Of a stretch of DNA of 23,376 nucleotides, positions 9,233-18,353 are shown piece after piece. The stretch lies in the NCBI GenBank assembly GCA_965649115.1, contig CBFGJN010000027.1:1-23376 (forward strand). The letters run 5' to 3'. The notes beneath the pieces are model-generated. The model did not search any database, was not told the origin of the DNA, and saw only the letters and a program-made list of their open reading frames with translations. This DNA is from a candidate division WOR-3 bacterium (GTDB lineage Bacteria; Hydrothermota; Hydrothermia; LBFQ01; DSFT01). The position numbers and the translations under genes were made by a program. Each line of letters begins with the position of its first letter. The stretch's first letter is position 1.

Positions 9233-9862
9233 ATCAACAATTTCAACATTTTTAAAACCTACACTTTCAATAATTTTTTTAAATTCTTTTCTTCTTGGAA
9301 AATTTTTAACAGATTGGTAAAGATAAATATATGCTTCTTTTTGAGATGTAAATAAATTTGCTATAAAAGGAATTATATTTTTCAGATAAAAGAAGAAAGG
9401 ATATTTTAAAAAATTTTCTGGTCCAAGCATTTCAAGAATTACTAAAACTCCTTTTTCCTTTAAAACCCTATAAAATTCCTTTAAAGCCAAAATTCTATTT
9501 GATATATTTCTAATTCCAAATGCTATTATTAAACTATCAAATGAATTGCTTTTAAATGGTAATTTTTCTCCACTTGCAAAAATATAAAAAACATTTTTAT
9601 AATTTTTATTTAAAACAGCATTTCTTAACATTTCATCTGCCAAATCAACGCCAACAATTACTTTATAATTTTTATGTTTTACAATTTTTTTTATGACTTC
9701 ACCAGTCCCCGTTGCTACATCTAAAATTTTTCCATCATTTAATAATTTAACTGCTTTCTCACGCCAATACTCGTCTAAGTAAAATGAAAATAAATGATTA
9801 AGAAACTCATATTTCTTTGATATTTTATTGAACATTTGGGGGACCGAAAAGTCCCCTTTCAT
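9176..9862 (-). CDS. menG: Demethylmenaquinone methyltransferase (UbiE/MenG)
   Basis: MFNKISKKYEFLNH, LDVATGTG, LPFKSNSFD, AFGIRN, AYIYLYQSVKNFP, LTFG. Confidence 0.9.
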   Translation of the reverse strand: MKGDFSVPQMFNKISKKYEFLNHLFSFYLDEYWREKAVKLLNDGKILDVATGTGEVIKKIVKHKNYKVIVGVDLADEMLRNAVLNKNYKNVFYIFASGEKLPFKSNSFDSLIIAFGIRNISNRILALKEFYRVLKEKGVLVILEMLGPENFLKYPFFFYLKNIIPFIANLFTSQKEAYIYLYQSVKNFPRRKEFKKIIESVGFKNVEIVDLTFGACTIFKATKEKNII

Positions 9863-11187
9863 TTTAATGTTTTTAGATATTCGTATATTGCTTCTGCTTC
9901 TTCCTTACTAACAGGTTTTAGAGGTATCATTCTAACATTATTATATTCTTTAAGAAGTTGTTTTGCTATTGGGTCATTATTTAACATGGAATCAGTTTTA
10001 TAAATCATAGCTATTATCCAATCTTTTGTTCTTCTTTGTGCAACACCTTTTAAACCTGGACCTACAAGCCTTTGTTCAGTTATATTATGACATGTATTAC
10101 AACCTTTTTCACTAAATAATTTTTTTCCCAATTCTGTTAAATTAGTTGAAGATACTTTCATTGTATCCTGCTTTTTCATATCTAAGTTATTTAAAGATAC
10201 TTTTGAAACCAATTCAATTTCTTTTGCTTTTATTCTACCTTCATCAATCAATTTTAGAACATAGTACTTATCAGGATTTGATAAGTATTCAACAGGATAC
10301 TTTATTTTCCTCCAAGACATAACAAGCATAGCAAGGGCAATTTTTTCCTTATCACTAAATCCAAAGTTTGGCATTACACTTCCTGGAACAACTTTTTGTG
10401 GATTTTCAAAGTGAAGTATATGCCAAGTAAATACAGTTTTTGGTAATTCTCTTTCCTCCAAATCTGCTTCAACATGTGAAAAATCAAATAATTCATGCGA
10501 TTTATCTCCTTCATATGTTAGTGCTGGTCCTATATTCCCACCATATCCATCAATAACATGGCACTGACGACAATTCTTCTCTTGAATGATTTGTTTTGCC
10601 AAATTTATATAATCCATACCAGGCGTTTCCTTATCAAATCTATGACAATGATTACAATTTATTTGAATCATTACAAGCCTGTTTTCTTCTATTTTATAAT
10701 GCTTTTGCATTTGTCTTGTATAAACTGGCCATAACCACCTAACACCTTTTCCTGCATGAGCCTGCTTTACAGTTAGAGCTGGTCCTTGACCACCATGACA
10801 ACTTGTACAACCAAACTTTTCAATTGGATGTTTATCCATTATTCCATCAGGATTAGGATGTGTCCTAAATACAACAGGAACATCTTCACCTTCAAGTCCT
10901 TTAATTTCAACACCCATATGACAAGTTATACATCTATCTGCAATGTTTGGACCCATAATATCTGGATTCCAAATTTGCTTAATACCAAAATCTATTTTTT
11001 TGGCAACCTCTGGACCAAGTTTTTTTTCAACAACTTTTTTAAACTCCTTCTGATAACTTTTCCATTCAGGATTTAAAGAACGATAAAATACAATACCCAT
11101 AAATATAAGGATAATAAAACCAAAAAGATATATCCACAAAGAATCGTACCAGTACCTATCGGGAACAAATTCCTTTTTTTCTTCCAT
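9859..11187 (-). CDS. Membrane-anchored pentaheme cytochrome c (Rieske/cytochrome b complex partner)
   Basis: N-terminal TM helix; five CxxCH motifs (CITCH, CTSCH, CNHCH, CRQCH, CNTCH); PGSVMPNF; SD AGGAGG upstream. Confidence 0.9.
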   Translation of the reverse strand: MEEKKEFVPDRYWYDSLWIYLFGFIILIFMGIVFYRSLNPEWKSYQKEFKKVVEKKLGPEVAKKIDFGIKQIWNPDIMGPNIADRCITCHMGVEIKGLEGEDVPVVFRTHPNPDGIMDKHPIEKFGCTSCHGGQGPALTVKQAHAGKGVRWLWPVYTRQMQKHYKIEENRLVMIQINCNHCHRFDKETPGMDYINLAKQIIQEKNCRQCHVIDGYGGNIGPALTYEGDKSHELFDFSHVEADLEERELPKTVFTWHILHFENPQKVVPGSVMPNFGFSDKEKIALAMLVMSWRKIKYPVEYLSNPDKYYVLKLIDEGRIKAKEIELVSKVSLNNLDMKKQDTMKVSSTNLTELGKKLFSEKGCNTCHNITEQRLVGPGLKGVAQRRTKDWIIAMIYKTDSMLNNDPIAKQLLKEYNNVRMIPLKPVSKEEAEAIYEYLKTLK

Positions 11188-11202
11188 TTATCATCCTCCT
11201 TT

Positions 11203-12453
11203 TTAGAACATATGTGGCATTTCAGGCCATCTCCAAGGCCAATAAACTTGCCAATATGGACCTCTGAAATACATAGCAAATATAGTAATTCCAATAAGAT
11301 AAAGCATTATAATAGCAAAAATTACATTATGAATTATTCTACTTTTATGAAACCAAACACCTGTTGCTTCATCCGGACTTTTATCTAAGTAAGGCCATAT
11401 AGCCCAAAGGAAAACAAGAAGAGCTGGAATTAAAGCACCTCCAATAAATCCTCCATTTATTGTAAAATCTCCAATTTTAATAGTAGTTATTGCTATTAAT
11501 TCCTGTATCCATAAAAAGTACCAAGGCGCTTTTGCTGGGTTTGGTGTCCATGTAGGGTCAGCAGGTTCTTCAAGTGGTGCCTTAGCAAATATTGTAAAGA
11601 ATAGAACAATAGCTGTTGTTATTAAGAATACTAAAAATGCTCTTCTAAACATAAATGGAATTGTAAATGTTGTATATTCATCTTGAATTAATCTTTTATT
11701 TAACTTTTTAGCTTCAATTTTGTACTGTTCACTAACAGCCAATCCTCCATCTTTCCTAACTCTCCACATGTGATAAGATGAAAGAATTAAAAGAAGCAAA
11801 GGTAAGAATATACAATGTAAAACATAAAATCTAATTAATGTTGGTTGATCTATCTGTGTTCCTCCTGCTAAGAAGAAATATAAATTTTTTCCAACTATAC
11901 TTTCAGGTGGAACGGACTTCGCTATATTAGCACCTATTACAATAGCCCAAAGTGCTAATTGATCCCATGGTAATAAATACCCCGTATAAGACAAACCAAG
12001 TGTTAAAACTAATAAAATTACACCAACAATCCAATTTAATGGTCTATTTGATTCAGGATTTCCTCCATTTTTATAAGCACCTGTAAAGAACACTCTCATC
12101 ATATGTAAAAATACCGTTGTTACCATAAGGTGTGCAGCCCACCTATGAGCATTCCTCAAAAACCAACCAAAGCTTACAGAATTTTCTAAATCCTTAATCG
12201 TCCAATATGCCCTTTCAGCAGATGGGATATATAAAAACATTAAAATAACACCAGTTATTGTAAGAATAAGAAAAAGCGAAAATAGAACTGTCCCAAGCCA
12301 AAATGAATATGTCCAAGACATACTTTTATAAGTTACACGTGCCGGGAACCAATGTAGCCAAAAATTCTTACTTGTTGCTTTGGTTGCCTCTATCTTATCT
12401 TTTGGATCAAATGACCAGGTTAAACTTCTCCAAATTTCCTTTATTTTGTTCAT
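11203..12453 (-). CDS. Cytochrome b of a Rieske/cytochrome b complex (b and subunit IV domains in one chain)
   Basis: GWFLRNAHRWAAHLM...LHMMRVF, TGYLLPWDQ, RFYVLHC, and PAKAPWYF at the PEWY-equivalent position; SD AGGAGGT upstream. Confidence 0.95.
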   Translation of the reverse strand: MNKIKEIWRSLTWSFDPKDKIEATKATSKNFWLHWFPARVTYKSMSWTYSFWLGTVLFSLFLILTITGVILMFLYIPSAERAYWTIKDLENSVSFGWFLRNAHRWAAHLMVTTVFLHMMRVFFTGAYKNGGNPESNRPLNWIVGVILLVLTLGLSYTGYLLPWDQLALWAIVIGANIAKSVPPESIVGKNLYFFLAGGTQIDQPTLIRFYVLHCIFLPLLLLILSSYHMWRVRKDGGLAVSEQYKIEAKKLNKRLIQDEYTTFTIPFMFRRAFLVFLITTAIVLFFTIFAKAPLEEPADPTWTPNPAKAPWYFLWIQELIAITTIKIGDFTINGGFIGGALIPALLVFLWAIWPYLDKSPDEATGVWFHKSRIIHNVIFAIIMLYLIGITIFAMYFRGPYWQVYWPWRWPEMPHMF

Positions 12454-12466
12454 AATTTAACCTCCT

Positions 12467-12964
12467 TTATCCAAGATTTTCAACCACAAGTCTAAACTTA
12501 TGATCAACTTCGGTATTAGTATCTACAACAAGCTGACCATCTGGACCTATATCAAGTTTATACCAAGGTAGTGGTCTTGGAGCTGGTCCTCCGTAGTTTG
12601 TTCCCTCACCATAGTACTGAGAACCATGACAGGGACAAAAGAACTCCCATTTTTGTTTATATTCCTGACCTTTTATTTTAACTACATCTTGTTTTGGTGG
12701 AACAACATTAACAGTGCAACCAAGATGCTGACAAACTGCTGAAATTACCCAAAAACTATTTCCTTCCCTAACAACAAATAGTCTATATTTAGCTACAAAT
12801 GTTATACCTTCTGGATAATCTTTTGGATAACCTATTCTAAATTTTTTGGGAGGCTCATATAAGGTATTAGGAACAAGAGATCTAAAATAAGCAAATGCTT
12901 GACCTAAAAATGTTAAAACAACAGCTGTTCTTCCGATATAGGCTAGGAATTTTCTGCGATCCAT
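12467..12964 (-). CDS. Rieske [2Fe-2S] protein with Tat signal
   Basis: MDRRKFL twin-arginine motif; CQHLGC and CPCHGSQY boxes; GPAPRPL. Confidence 0.95.
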   Translation of the reverse strand: MDRRKFLAYIGRTAVVLTFLGQAFAYFRSLVPNTLYEPPKKFRIGYPKDYPEGITFVAKYRLFVVREGNSFWVISAVCQHLGCTVNVVPPKQDVVKIKGQEYKQKWEFFCPCHGSQYYGEGTNYGGPAPRPLPWYKLDIGPDGQLVVDTNTEVDHKFRLVVENLG

Positions 12965-13755
12965 AGGCTGAAAAGTTTAAAGCTCCTACTCAAAGCAACA
13001 AATGTTGAACCACTTCCACTCAAAAAAACCAAATCAAAATTCAAATTTTCAATTGCTTTTTTATAGTTCAAAAGCTCCTCATCTAAAACATTTTCAAAAG
13101 CATTATAGAAATTTTCTCTTAATAGCTCTAAATTATTTTCTTCAATTGCTCTTTTTATATTCAATATTTTTTTCTCTGCATCATTCTTATCATCATAAAA
13201 CCTAATTCTTTGATACATTTCTTTTGTTGATAAGCTTTTGTTTGGAAAGAATAAACTTATGAAACATTTTAAATTGCTATTAAATGGTTCTAAAATATCT
13301 CCTTTTCCTCTACCAATAGCACAAGTTTCATTTAAAATAAAAAAAGGAACATCTGAACCAATTTTTTTTGAAATTTCAATTAAATCATTTTTACTTAACT
13401 TTAAGTTATAAAAACTATTTAAAAACTTTAAAATTTCAGCACAATTTGAAGAACCACCACCCAAACCACCACCTATTGGAATTCTCTTAAAAACTCTAAT
13501 TTTCAAATTAAATGACTTTCCTACTAATTTTGAAAGTTCAGTTATTCCTCTTAAAATCGTGCTATTTTCAATTTGAAAGACTTTTCCATCTTTTATAAAT
13601 TCAATTTCAAGTTTTTTACTTTCAAGAATTTCAATTTCATCATAAAATGGAATTTTATGGAATATCGTTAAAATTTCATGGTAGTTATCTTCTCTTTTTG
13701 AAAGGATAAATAATCCTAAGTTTATCTTTGACGGTGATTTTATTTTGATTTGCAT
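12943..13755 (-). CDS. ispE: 4-diphosphocytidyl-2-C-methyl-D-erythritol kinase
   Basis: SPSKINLGL, KRIPIGGGLGGGSSN, GSDVPFF, LSGSGST. Confidence 0.95.
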   Translation of the reverse strand: MQIKIKSPSKINLGLFILSKREDNYHEILTIFHKIPFYDEIEILESKKLEIEFIKDGKVFQIENSTILRGITELSKLVGKSFNLKIRVFKRIPIGGGLGGGSSNCAEILKFLNSFYNLKLSKNDLIEISKKIGSDVPFFILNETCAIGRGKGDILEPFNSNLKCFISLFFPNKSLSTKEMYQRIRFYDDKNDAEKKILNIKRAIEENNLELLRENFYNAFENVLDEELLNYKKAIENLNFDLVFLSGSGSTFVALSRSFKLFSLWIAENS

Positions 13756-14171
13756 TTTAAAAAATATCTATAAGCATCTTCGCCATTTGAATAAAATTTT
13801 TTAATTTGGGCAATTCTTTTAAAACCAATACTTTCATATAATTTTATAGCAACTTGATTACTGACCTTAACTTCCAAATAAATATCTTTATTGAGTTTAA
13901 TAATTTCTTTAATTAAAGATTTTGCTATCCCTTTATTTCTATAACTTGGATGAACAGCAATGCTCTTTATATGAATAATTTCACCCTCATCAGAAAATGC
14001 ACAATATCCAAGAACCTCATCACTTTCTGCAACGATAATTTTATTATAAGGAATTTCCAAAAATTTTCCCAAAAAATATAATCCCCAGCCTTCAAATTCA
14101 AATGATAGTCTTTCAATTTCCGCAATCCTTATTAAATCGCTTCTTTTAGCTTCTCTTATTATAAACTGCAT
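13740..14171 (-). CDS. rimI: Ribosomal protein S18 alanine N-acetyltransferase (GNAT)
   Basis: IAVHPSYRNKGIA, LEVKVSN, AIKLYESIGF, FYSNGEDA; follows tsaB. Confidence 0.85.
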   Translation of the reverse strand: MQFIIREAKRSDLIRIAEIERLSFEFEGWGLYFLGKFLEIPYNKIIVAESDEVLGYCAFSDEGEIIHIKSIAVHPSYRNKGIAKSLIKEIIKLNKDIYLEVKVSNQVAIKLYESIGFKRIAQIKKFYSNGEDAYRYFLKCKSK

Positions 14172-14715
14172 CTGGCTCTCTTATATAATTTAACTGAAAA
14201 TTTTCAATATCAATGTCATTTTCAAATTTTGAAAGCAATATGAGATTTTTTGCACTTGGAAGGTCTTCTAATATAATAAAATTTTCAAATTCATTTTTAA
14301 GGAATTCTAAATTATAAACGCCTTCTTCTAAAATCAAATTAAAATTCTCATCAAATGCACAAGCATAAACCATGTTTTTTGGTGCTTTTATAATAGGTAT
14401 AACTTTATATCCTTTTAACTTAAAAGCTATGTTTTTTAAAGAACTTATTGCTTTGAACTTTATATTTTCATTAAAAATTTTAAGAGCTTTTGAAAACGCA
14501 AGTGAAATTCTTAAAGAAGTGAAAAATCCAGGACCCCTTGAAATTATAACTTCATTTATTTTCAAAAAGTCAATTTTTAAATCATCTAAAATTTTATTTA
14601 ACATTTCAGAATGGGAAAACTGACGAAAGTAGTTTAATTCTAAAATTATATCATCATAACTACTAGCAATAGCAATAGATAAAAATTGAGTTGATGTCTC
14701 AATAGCAATTATCAT
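14146..14715 (-). CDS. tsaB: tRNA threonylcarbamoyladenosine biosynthesis protein TsaB
   Basis: IAIETST, HSEML, GPGFFTSLRI, C-terminal LNYIREPDA. Confidence 0.88.
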   Translation of the reverse strand: MIIAIETSTQFLSIAIASSYDDIILELNYFRQFSHSEMLNKILDDLKIDFLKINEVIISRGPGFFTSLRISLAFSKALKIFNENIKFKAISSLKNIAFKLKGYKVIPIIKAPKNMVYACAFDENFNLILEEGVYNLEFLKNEFENFIILEDLPSAKNLILLSKFENDIDIENFQLNYIREPDAVYNKRS

Positions 14716-15938
14716 ATATTATCAAGTGCCTGTTTTAAATCATTTATTAAATCCTCAACATCTTCAATTCCAATTGAAAGCCTAATCATACTTTCAGTTA
14801 TTCCAATTTTTAATTTTTCATCATTTTCAATATCTGAATGTGTCATAGACCAAGGATGTTCAGCAAGGGATTCTGTTCCTCCAAGACTTACAGCAATTTT
14901 AAAAACTTTTAAATTATCTAAAAATTTAAATGCAGTTTCTTCATTTCCATTAATATCAAATGAAATCATAGCACCAGGTCCAAGGCATTGTTTTTTATAA
15001 ATTTCATATTGTTTCCCTTCTGAAAATAATGGATAATATACTTTTTTAACATTTTTATGTTCCTTTAAAAATTGAGCAATTTTAATAGCATTTTCAGTTT
15101 GTTTTTCAAAACGAATTTTTAATGTTTCAAGACTTCTTAATAATAACCAAGCATTTATTGGGTCAGTTATTGTTCCAAGAAATGTCCTTGTTTTCTTAAT
15201 TTCTGTTATATAATTTTTATATCCAACAACTGCCCCTGCTACAACATCACTATGACCACAAATATATTTAGTTGCGGAATAAATAACAATATCTGCACCA
15301 AATTTCAATGGTTTTTGATAAATCGGTCCAAGAAATGTATTATCAACTATTAAAATTGAATTTATTTCTTTTGAGATTTTAGAAAATTTTTCAATATCAA
15401 TCATTTGTATTGTTGGATTTGTTGGTGTTTCAATATAAATAATTTTTGGTTTTTCTTTTAAAATTAAATTCATCACTTTATTTTCGTCATCATTTACATA
15501 AAATTTAAAAACTTCTATATTCATACCTTTTAAAAAATGTTCAAAAAGATAATATGTACCACCATATAAAGGTGTTGAATAAATAATTTTATCACCGGGT
15601 TTAAGAAATGTTAGAATTGTTGTTGAAATTGCTGACATTCCGCTTGAAAATACAGCACAATCTTCTGCTTCGTCATACAGTGTTAATCTATCTTCAAGAA
15701 TTTCAAGATTAGGGTTATTTAATCTACTATAAATTAAACCAATCTGTTCAGAGGGTTCTTTCTCTCTCAATCCATAAGCAATTTCAAAAAATTTCTTTCC
15801 TTCTTTTGCACTTTTAAAGACAAATGTAGATGTTTGATATATGGGGGGTTTTAAAGCATATTCTGACCATTCTGGAACATAACCATAACTTAAAATTAGT
15901 GTTTCGGGCTTATAATTGCCTTTCTTCTTGTAATCCAT
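14712..15938 (-). CDS. PLP-dependent Cys/Met metabolism enzyme (cystathionine gamma-synthase / methionine gamma-lyase family)
   Basis: PPIYQTSTF, YSRLNNPN, SSGMSAI, ETPTNP, VDNTF, SATKYICGHSD (PLP lysine), AVSLGGTESL, RLSIGIED. Confidence 0.92.
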   Translation of the reverse strand: MDYKKKGNYKPETLILSYGYVPEWSEYALKPPIYQTSTFVFKSAKEGKKFFEIAYGLREKEPSEQIGLIYSRLNNPNLEILEDRLTLYDEAEDCAVFSSGMSAISTTILTFLKPGDKIIYSTPLYGGTYYLFEHFLKGMNIEVFKFYVNDDENKVMNLILKEKPKIIYIETPTNPTIQMIDIEKFSKISKEINSILIVDNTFLGPIYQKPLKFGADIVIYSATKYICGHSDVVAGAVVGYKNYITEIKKTRTFLGTITDPINAWLLLRSLETLKIRFEKQTENAIKIAQFLKEHKNVKKVYYPLFSEGKQYEIYKKQCLGPGAMISFDINGNEETAFKFLDNLKVFKIAVSLGGTESLAEHPWSMTHSDIENDEKLKIGITESMIRLSIGIEDVEDLINDLKQALDNI

Positions 15939-15947
15939 AATTTTGAA

Positions 15948-15953
15948 ATTTTA
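15948..15953 (-). promoter_or_regulatory. Putative -10 box (TAAAAT) 9 nt before the ATG of the PLP enzyme operon
   Basis: Minus strand reads TGCTTTAAAATTTCAAAATT-ATG; no SD. Confidence 0.6.
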
Positions 15954-15975
15954 AAGCATTAAATACAGATTATTT

Positions 15976-16139
15976 TGCTGTGTCTAGTAATTCTGAAATA
16001 TAGATTATTTCTATATTTTCCCCACCCACCCTATGAATAAGGCTTCGCCTTATAAATACCCATTTAAATCTATAATTTCCTCAAAGCTTTTATAAGTTAT
16101 TGATAATCAAGAATTTAACAATAATTATTAGACAAAGCA
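15976..16139 (+). mobile_element. MITE copy (164 bp, 8 bp TSD)
   Basis: TGCTGTGTCTAGTAAT...ATTATTAGACAAAGCA; GATTATTT at 15968-15975 and 16140-16147. Confidence 0.9.
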
Positions 16140-16148
16140 GATTATTTC

Positions 16149-16286
16149 TGTTTTGTCTAGTAATTCTAAAAATATGATTATTCCTATATTTTCCCCGCCC
16201 ACCCTATATTTAAGCCTTTGGCTTATAAATACCCATATTTCGGCTTCGGGGGGCTTTTTACTTAACATTATTTACTGGACAAAGCA
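16149..16286 (+). mobile_element. MITE copy (138 bp, lacks palindrome module, 9 bp TSD)
   Basis: TGTTTTGTCTAGTAAT...TTTACTGGACAAAGCA; GATTATTTC at 16140-16148 and 16287-16295. Confidence 0.88.
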
Positions 16287-16390
16287 GATTATTTCTTATT
16301 TTTTCACTCATCCTAAAATAAGCTTTCAGATTTAAAATCCCCATATTCCGGAAAGGGGGCTAACTTTCACGAATTATTGATTATCAATTA
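16287..16390 (+). repeat. Strongly decayed older MITE copy that appears to have been the insertion target
   Basis: GATTATTTCTTATTTTTTCACTCATCCTAAAATAAGCTTTC...GGGGGC...ATTATTGATTATCAAT is colinear with the element interior. Confidence 0.65.
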
Positions 16391-16413
16391 ATTTGGCAGT
16401 TTTGTAATTATTG

Positions 16414-17502
16414 CTATTTTATTTTTTCCATCAAAAACAATAATTCTTTGTTTTCATTATTATTAACCCACTTATTAGTCCAAGTCATATAGCTCATAAC
16501 ATTCTTTTTGTAGTTAATTTCAAGAACTTTTAGGATTCTACAATAAGAGGAAAAAATTTCAATCAAATTTTTAATTGGAACTCTTCCATTAGTGCTGTAA
16601 GAAAAAATAATGTACTGCGATTTTATTCTTTTAATCAACTGTTCAATTGCTATTTCAGCTATGAATTTCCCATTATCATCCTTCCTAAAATCTTCAAATG
16701 GAGAATAGGAAATTTTATCAGAGCTATCATATCTTCTTTTTGAATTTCCAAATAATTCAGGTTTATCATTCTTTATAATTGTTGTCCAAATATGATAATA
16801 AGCTTGATAACGAACTCTTGAAGGAGGCATTTTGTCATTATTTGAACCATATGGTGGGTCCAAATAAGACAAATCCGCTTCTATTTTATCCAATAACTTG
16901 AAAATGTCTTCATTATAAACCTCATGTTCTACATCAGAAATTATTAAATTAGGAACTTCTAATTTTAAATTCTTATATGACCTTTTAGACCAATCTCTTA
17001 AATATGAGGAAAAATGTCCTATTGTATTATCAACTTTATCCAAAGCCAAAATAAGACTAGTCAATAGAACTGATTTTTCTATTTCATCATTTGTTATCTT
17101 ATCAATTTCCTCTCTAATCGCATCTAATTTCATAGTATTGTGAATTTGCCAAGGTTTTTTAGAGTCACCTCTTTTGGGATCGCCTCCATAATTTTCTGAA
17201 AACCACCCAAATTTCCCCTCTAAGCTATTTAAATAATCTATTATCGGTTTGTAATAATTCCTATCTTTCTTATTAATTAGATAACAATATCCAAAAACTT
17301 TACTCCAAATAGCAATATCATTAGCAATAACCTTATAACCTAATTTAGCGAATGCCTGTGAAACTCTCGTAGTTCCCGAAAAACCATCAAAAATAGTTTT
17401 GAATTTGATTTGCCTTGCTAAAAATAGAATATATGGAATAAGTTTTTCTTTTGAGCCTATGTATTTCGGACCTTCTGTTTTAACATTAAGTAATAAAGAC
17501 AT
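16414..17502 (-). CDS. DNA N6-adenine methyltransferase (alpha class, M.NlaIII/M.FokI-like)
   Basis: N-terminal YIGSKxKL; SAM-binding DGFSGT precedes catalytic YLDPPY; C-terminal FSYS and ELLF. Confidence 0.9.
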   Translation of the reverse strand: MSLLLNVKTEGPKYIGSKEKLIPYILFLARQIKFKTIFDGFSGTTRVSQAFAKLGYKVIANDIAIWSKVFGYCYLINKKDRNYYKPIIDYLNSLEGKFGWFSENYGGDPKRGDSKKPWQIHNTMKLDAIREEIDKITNDEIEKSVLLTSLILALDKVDNTIGHFSSYLRDWSKRSYKNLKLEVPNLIISDVEHEVYNEDIFKLLDKIEADLSYLDPPYGSNNDKMPPSRVRYQAYYHIWTTIIKNDKPELFGNSKRRYDSSDKISYSPFEDFRKDDNGKFIAEIAIEQLIKRIKSQYIIFSYSTNGRVPIKNLIEIFSSYCRILKVLEINYKKNVMSYMTWTNKWVNNNENKELLFLMEKIK

Positions 17503-17504
17503 AA

Positions 17505-18353
17505 TTAGGTTTGAATAATTTTTAATTTGTTTATATCTTCTAAAAGAAACCTAATAGCATTTTTATGACCTTCTTGTGAAGAAACAAGAGAATAACTAAT
17601 CAATTTTATAAGTTCTTCGTTATCTGAATAATCAATCCATCCAGTTATGTTTTGAAAATAATTTTCTGCTTTTTGCGTATGTGTCCAAAATCCTCTCTGT
17701 AATGCATTTGCATCCTTACCACCATACCTAACTTCACAAATATAATTTTCATCAGAATTGTAAAATCTAAAAACTGGATATTTTCTTTTTCCTTCACCTC
17801 TTTCAAGCTTTATTATTTCAACATCATTTAGGAGCCTTTCAAAGTCAAAAACCATAATCGCACATCTTTTATTTTCTTCGTCGTAAATTAATGGTAAAAC
17901 GTTTAAATGTGCCAGATGTTTAAATTCTTCACTCTCTAAAATTCGTCTAATTTCTTTATTTCCTCTTAAAATATCTGTCCCCTTTTGTTTAAATAAATTG
18001 TCCAATTTCGGAAACATCTTAAATTCCTTATCTGTTGAAAGTTGAAGAGGACCATGACCATAAGCTTTTATGCTTACTAAAAATTGCATTTTATTAACTT
18101 CGTTAATTACCAAAATATCTTCTTCTGCCTCTTTTGAGCGAAACTTTTTCTTTCCTATGTGCTCAGCTTTATAATCGTACATATATTGATTTATAAACTC
18201 AACAAGTGCTATCTCTGCTAAATCGCCATGAGTTTTATTCCCAATAATTCTTAAAGTAAAAACATTACTTAAAGTAATTTTTATCAGCTTTGAATTTTTA
18301 CTAATAAGTATTTTAAGTCTCTCTAAAAAACTCCTAAATTCCTCATTTAACAT
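17505..18353 (-). CDS. Putative type II restriction endonuclease (PD-(D/E)xK-like)
   Basis: Directly upstream of the MTase (2 bp gap); GDLAE helix, then EEDILV...VSIKAY, resembling an E...D...(S)xK nuclease core. No family recognised. Confidence 0.6.
   Translation of the reverse strand: MLNEEFRSFLERLKILISKNSKLIKITLSNVFTLRIIGNKTHGDLAEIALVEFINQYMYDYKAEHIGKKKFRSKEAEEDILVINEVNKMQFLVSIKAYGHGPLQLSTDKEFKMFPKLDNLFKQKGTDILRGNKEIRRILESEEFKHLAHLNVLPLIYDEENKRCAIMVFDFERLLNDVEIIKLERGEGKRKYPVFRFYNSDENYICEVRYGGKDANALQRGFWTHTQKAENYFQNITGWIDYSDNEELIKLISYSLVSSQEGHKNAIRFLLEDINKLKIIQT

Noticed and set aside
16153..16335. 60 aa ORF as an element-encoded protein
   Set aside because: Lies across non-coding MITE copies, the frame is not conserved in other copies, and it has no transposase motif.
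15976..16390. Integron attC sites or cassette array
   Set aside because: No RYYYAAC...GTTRRRY ends or integrase; the flanking genes are core housekeeping genes; TSDs fit transposition better.
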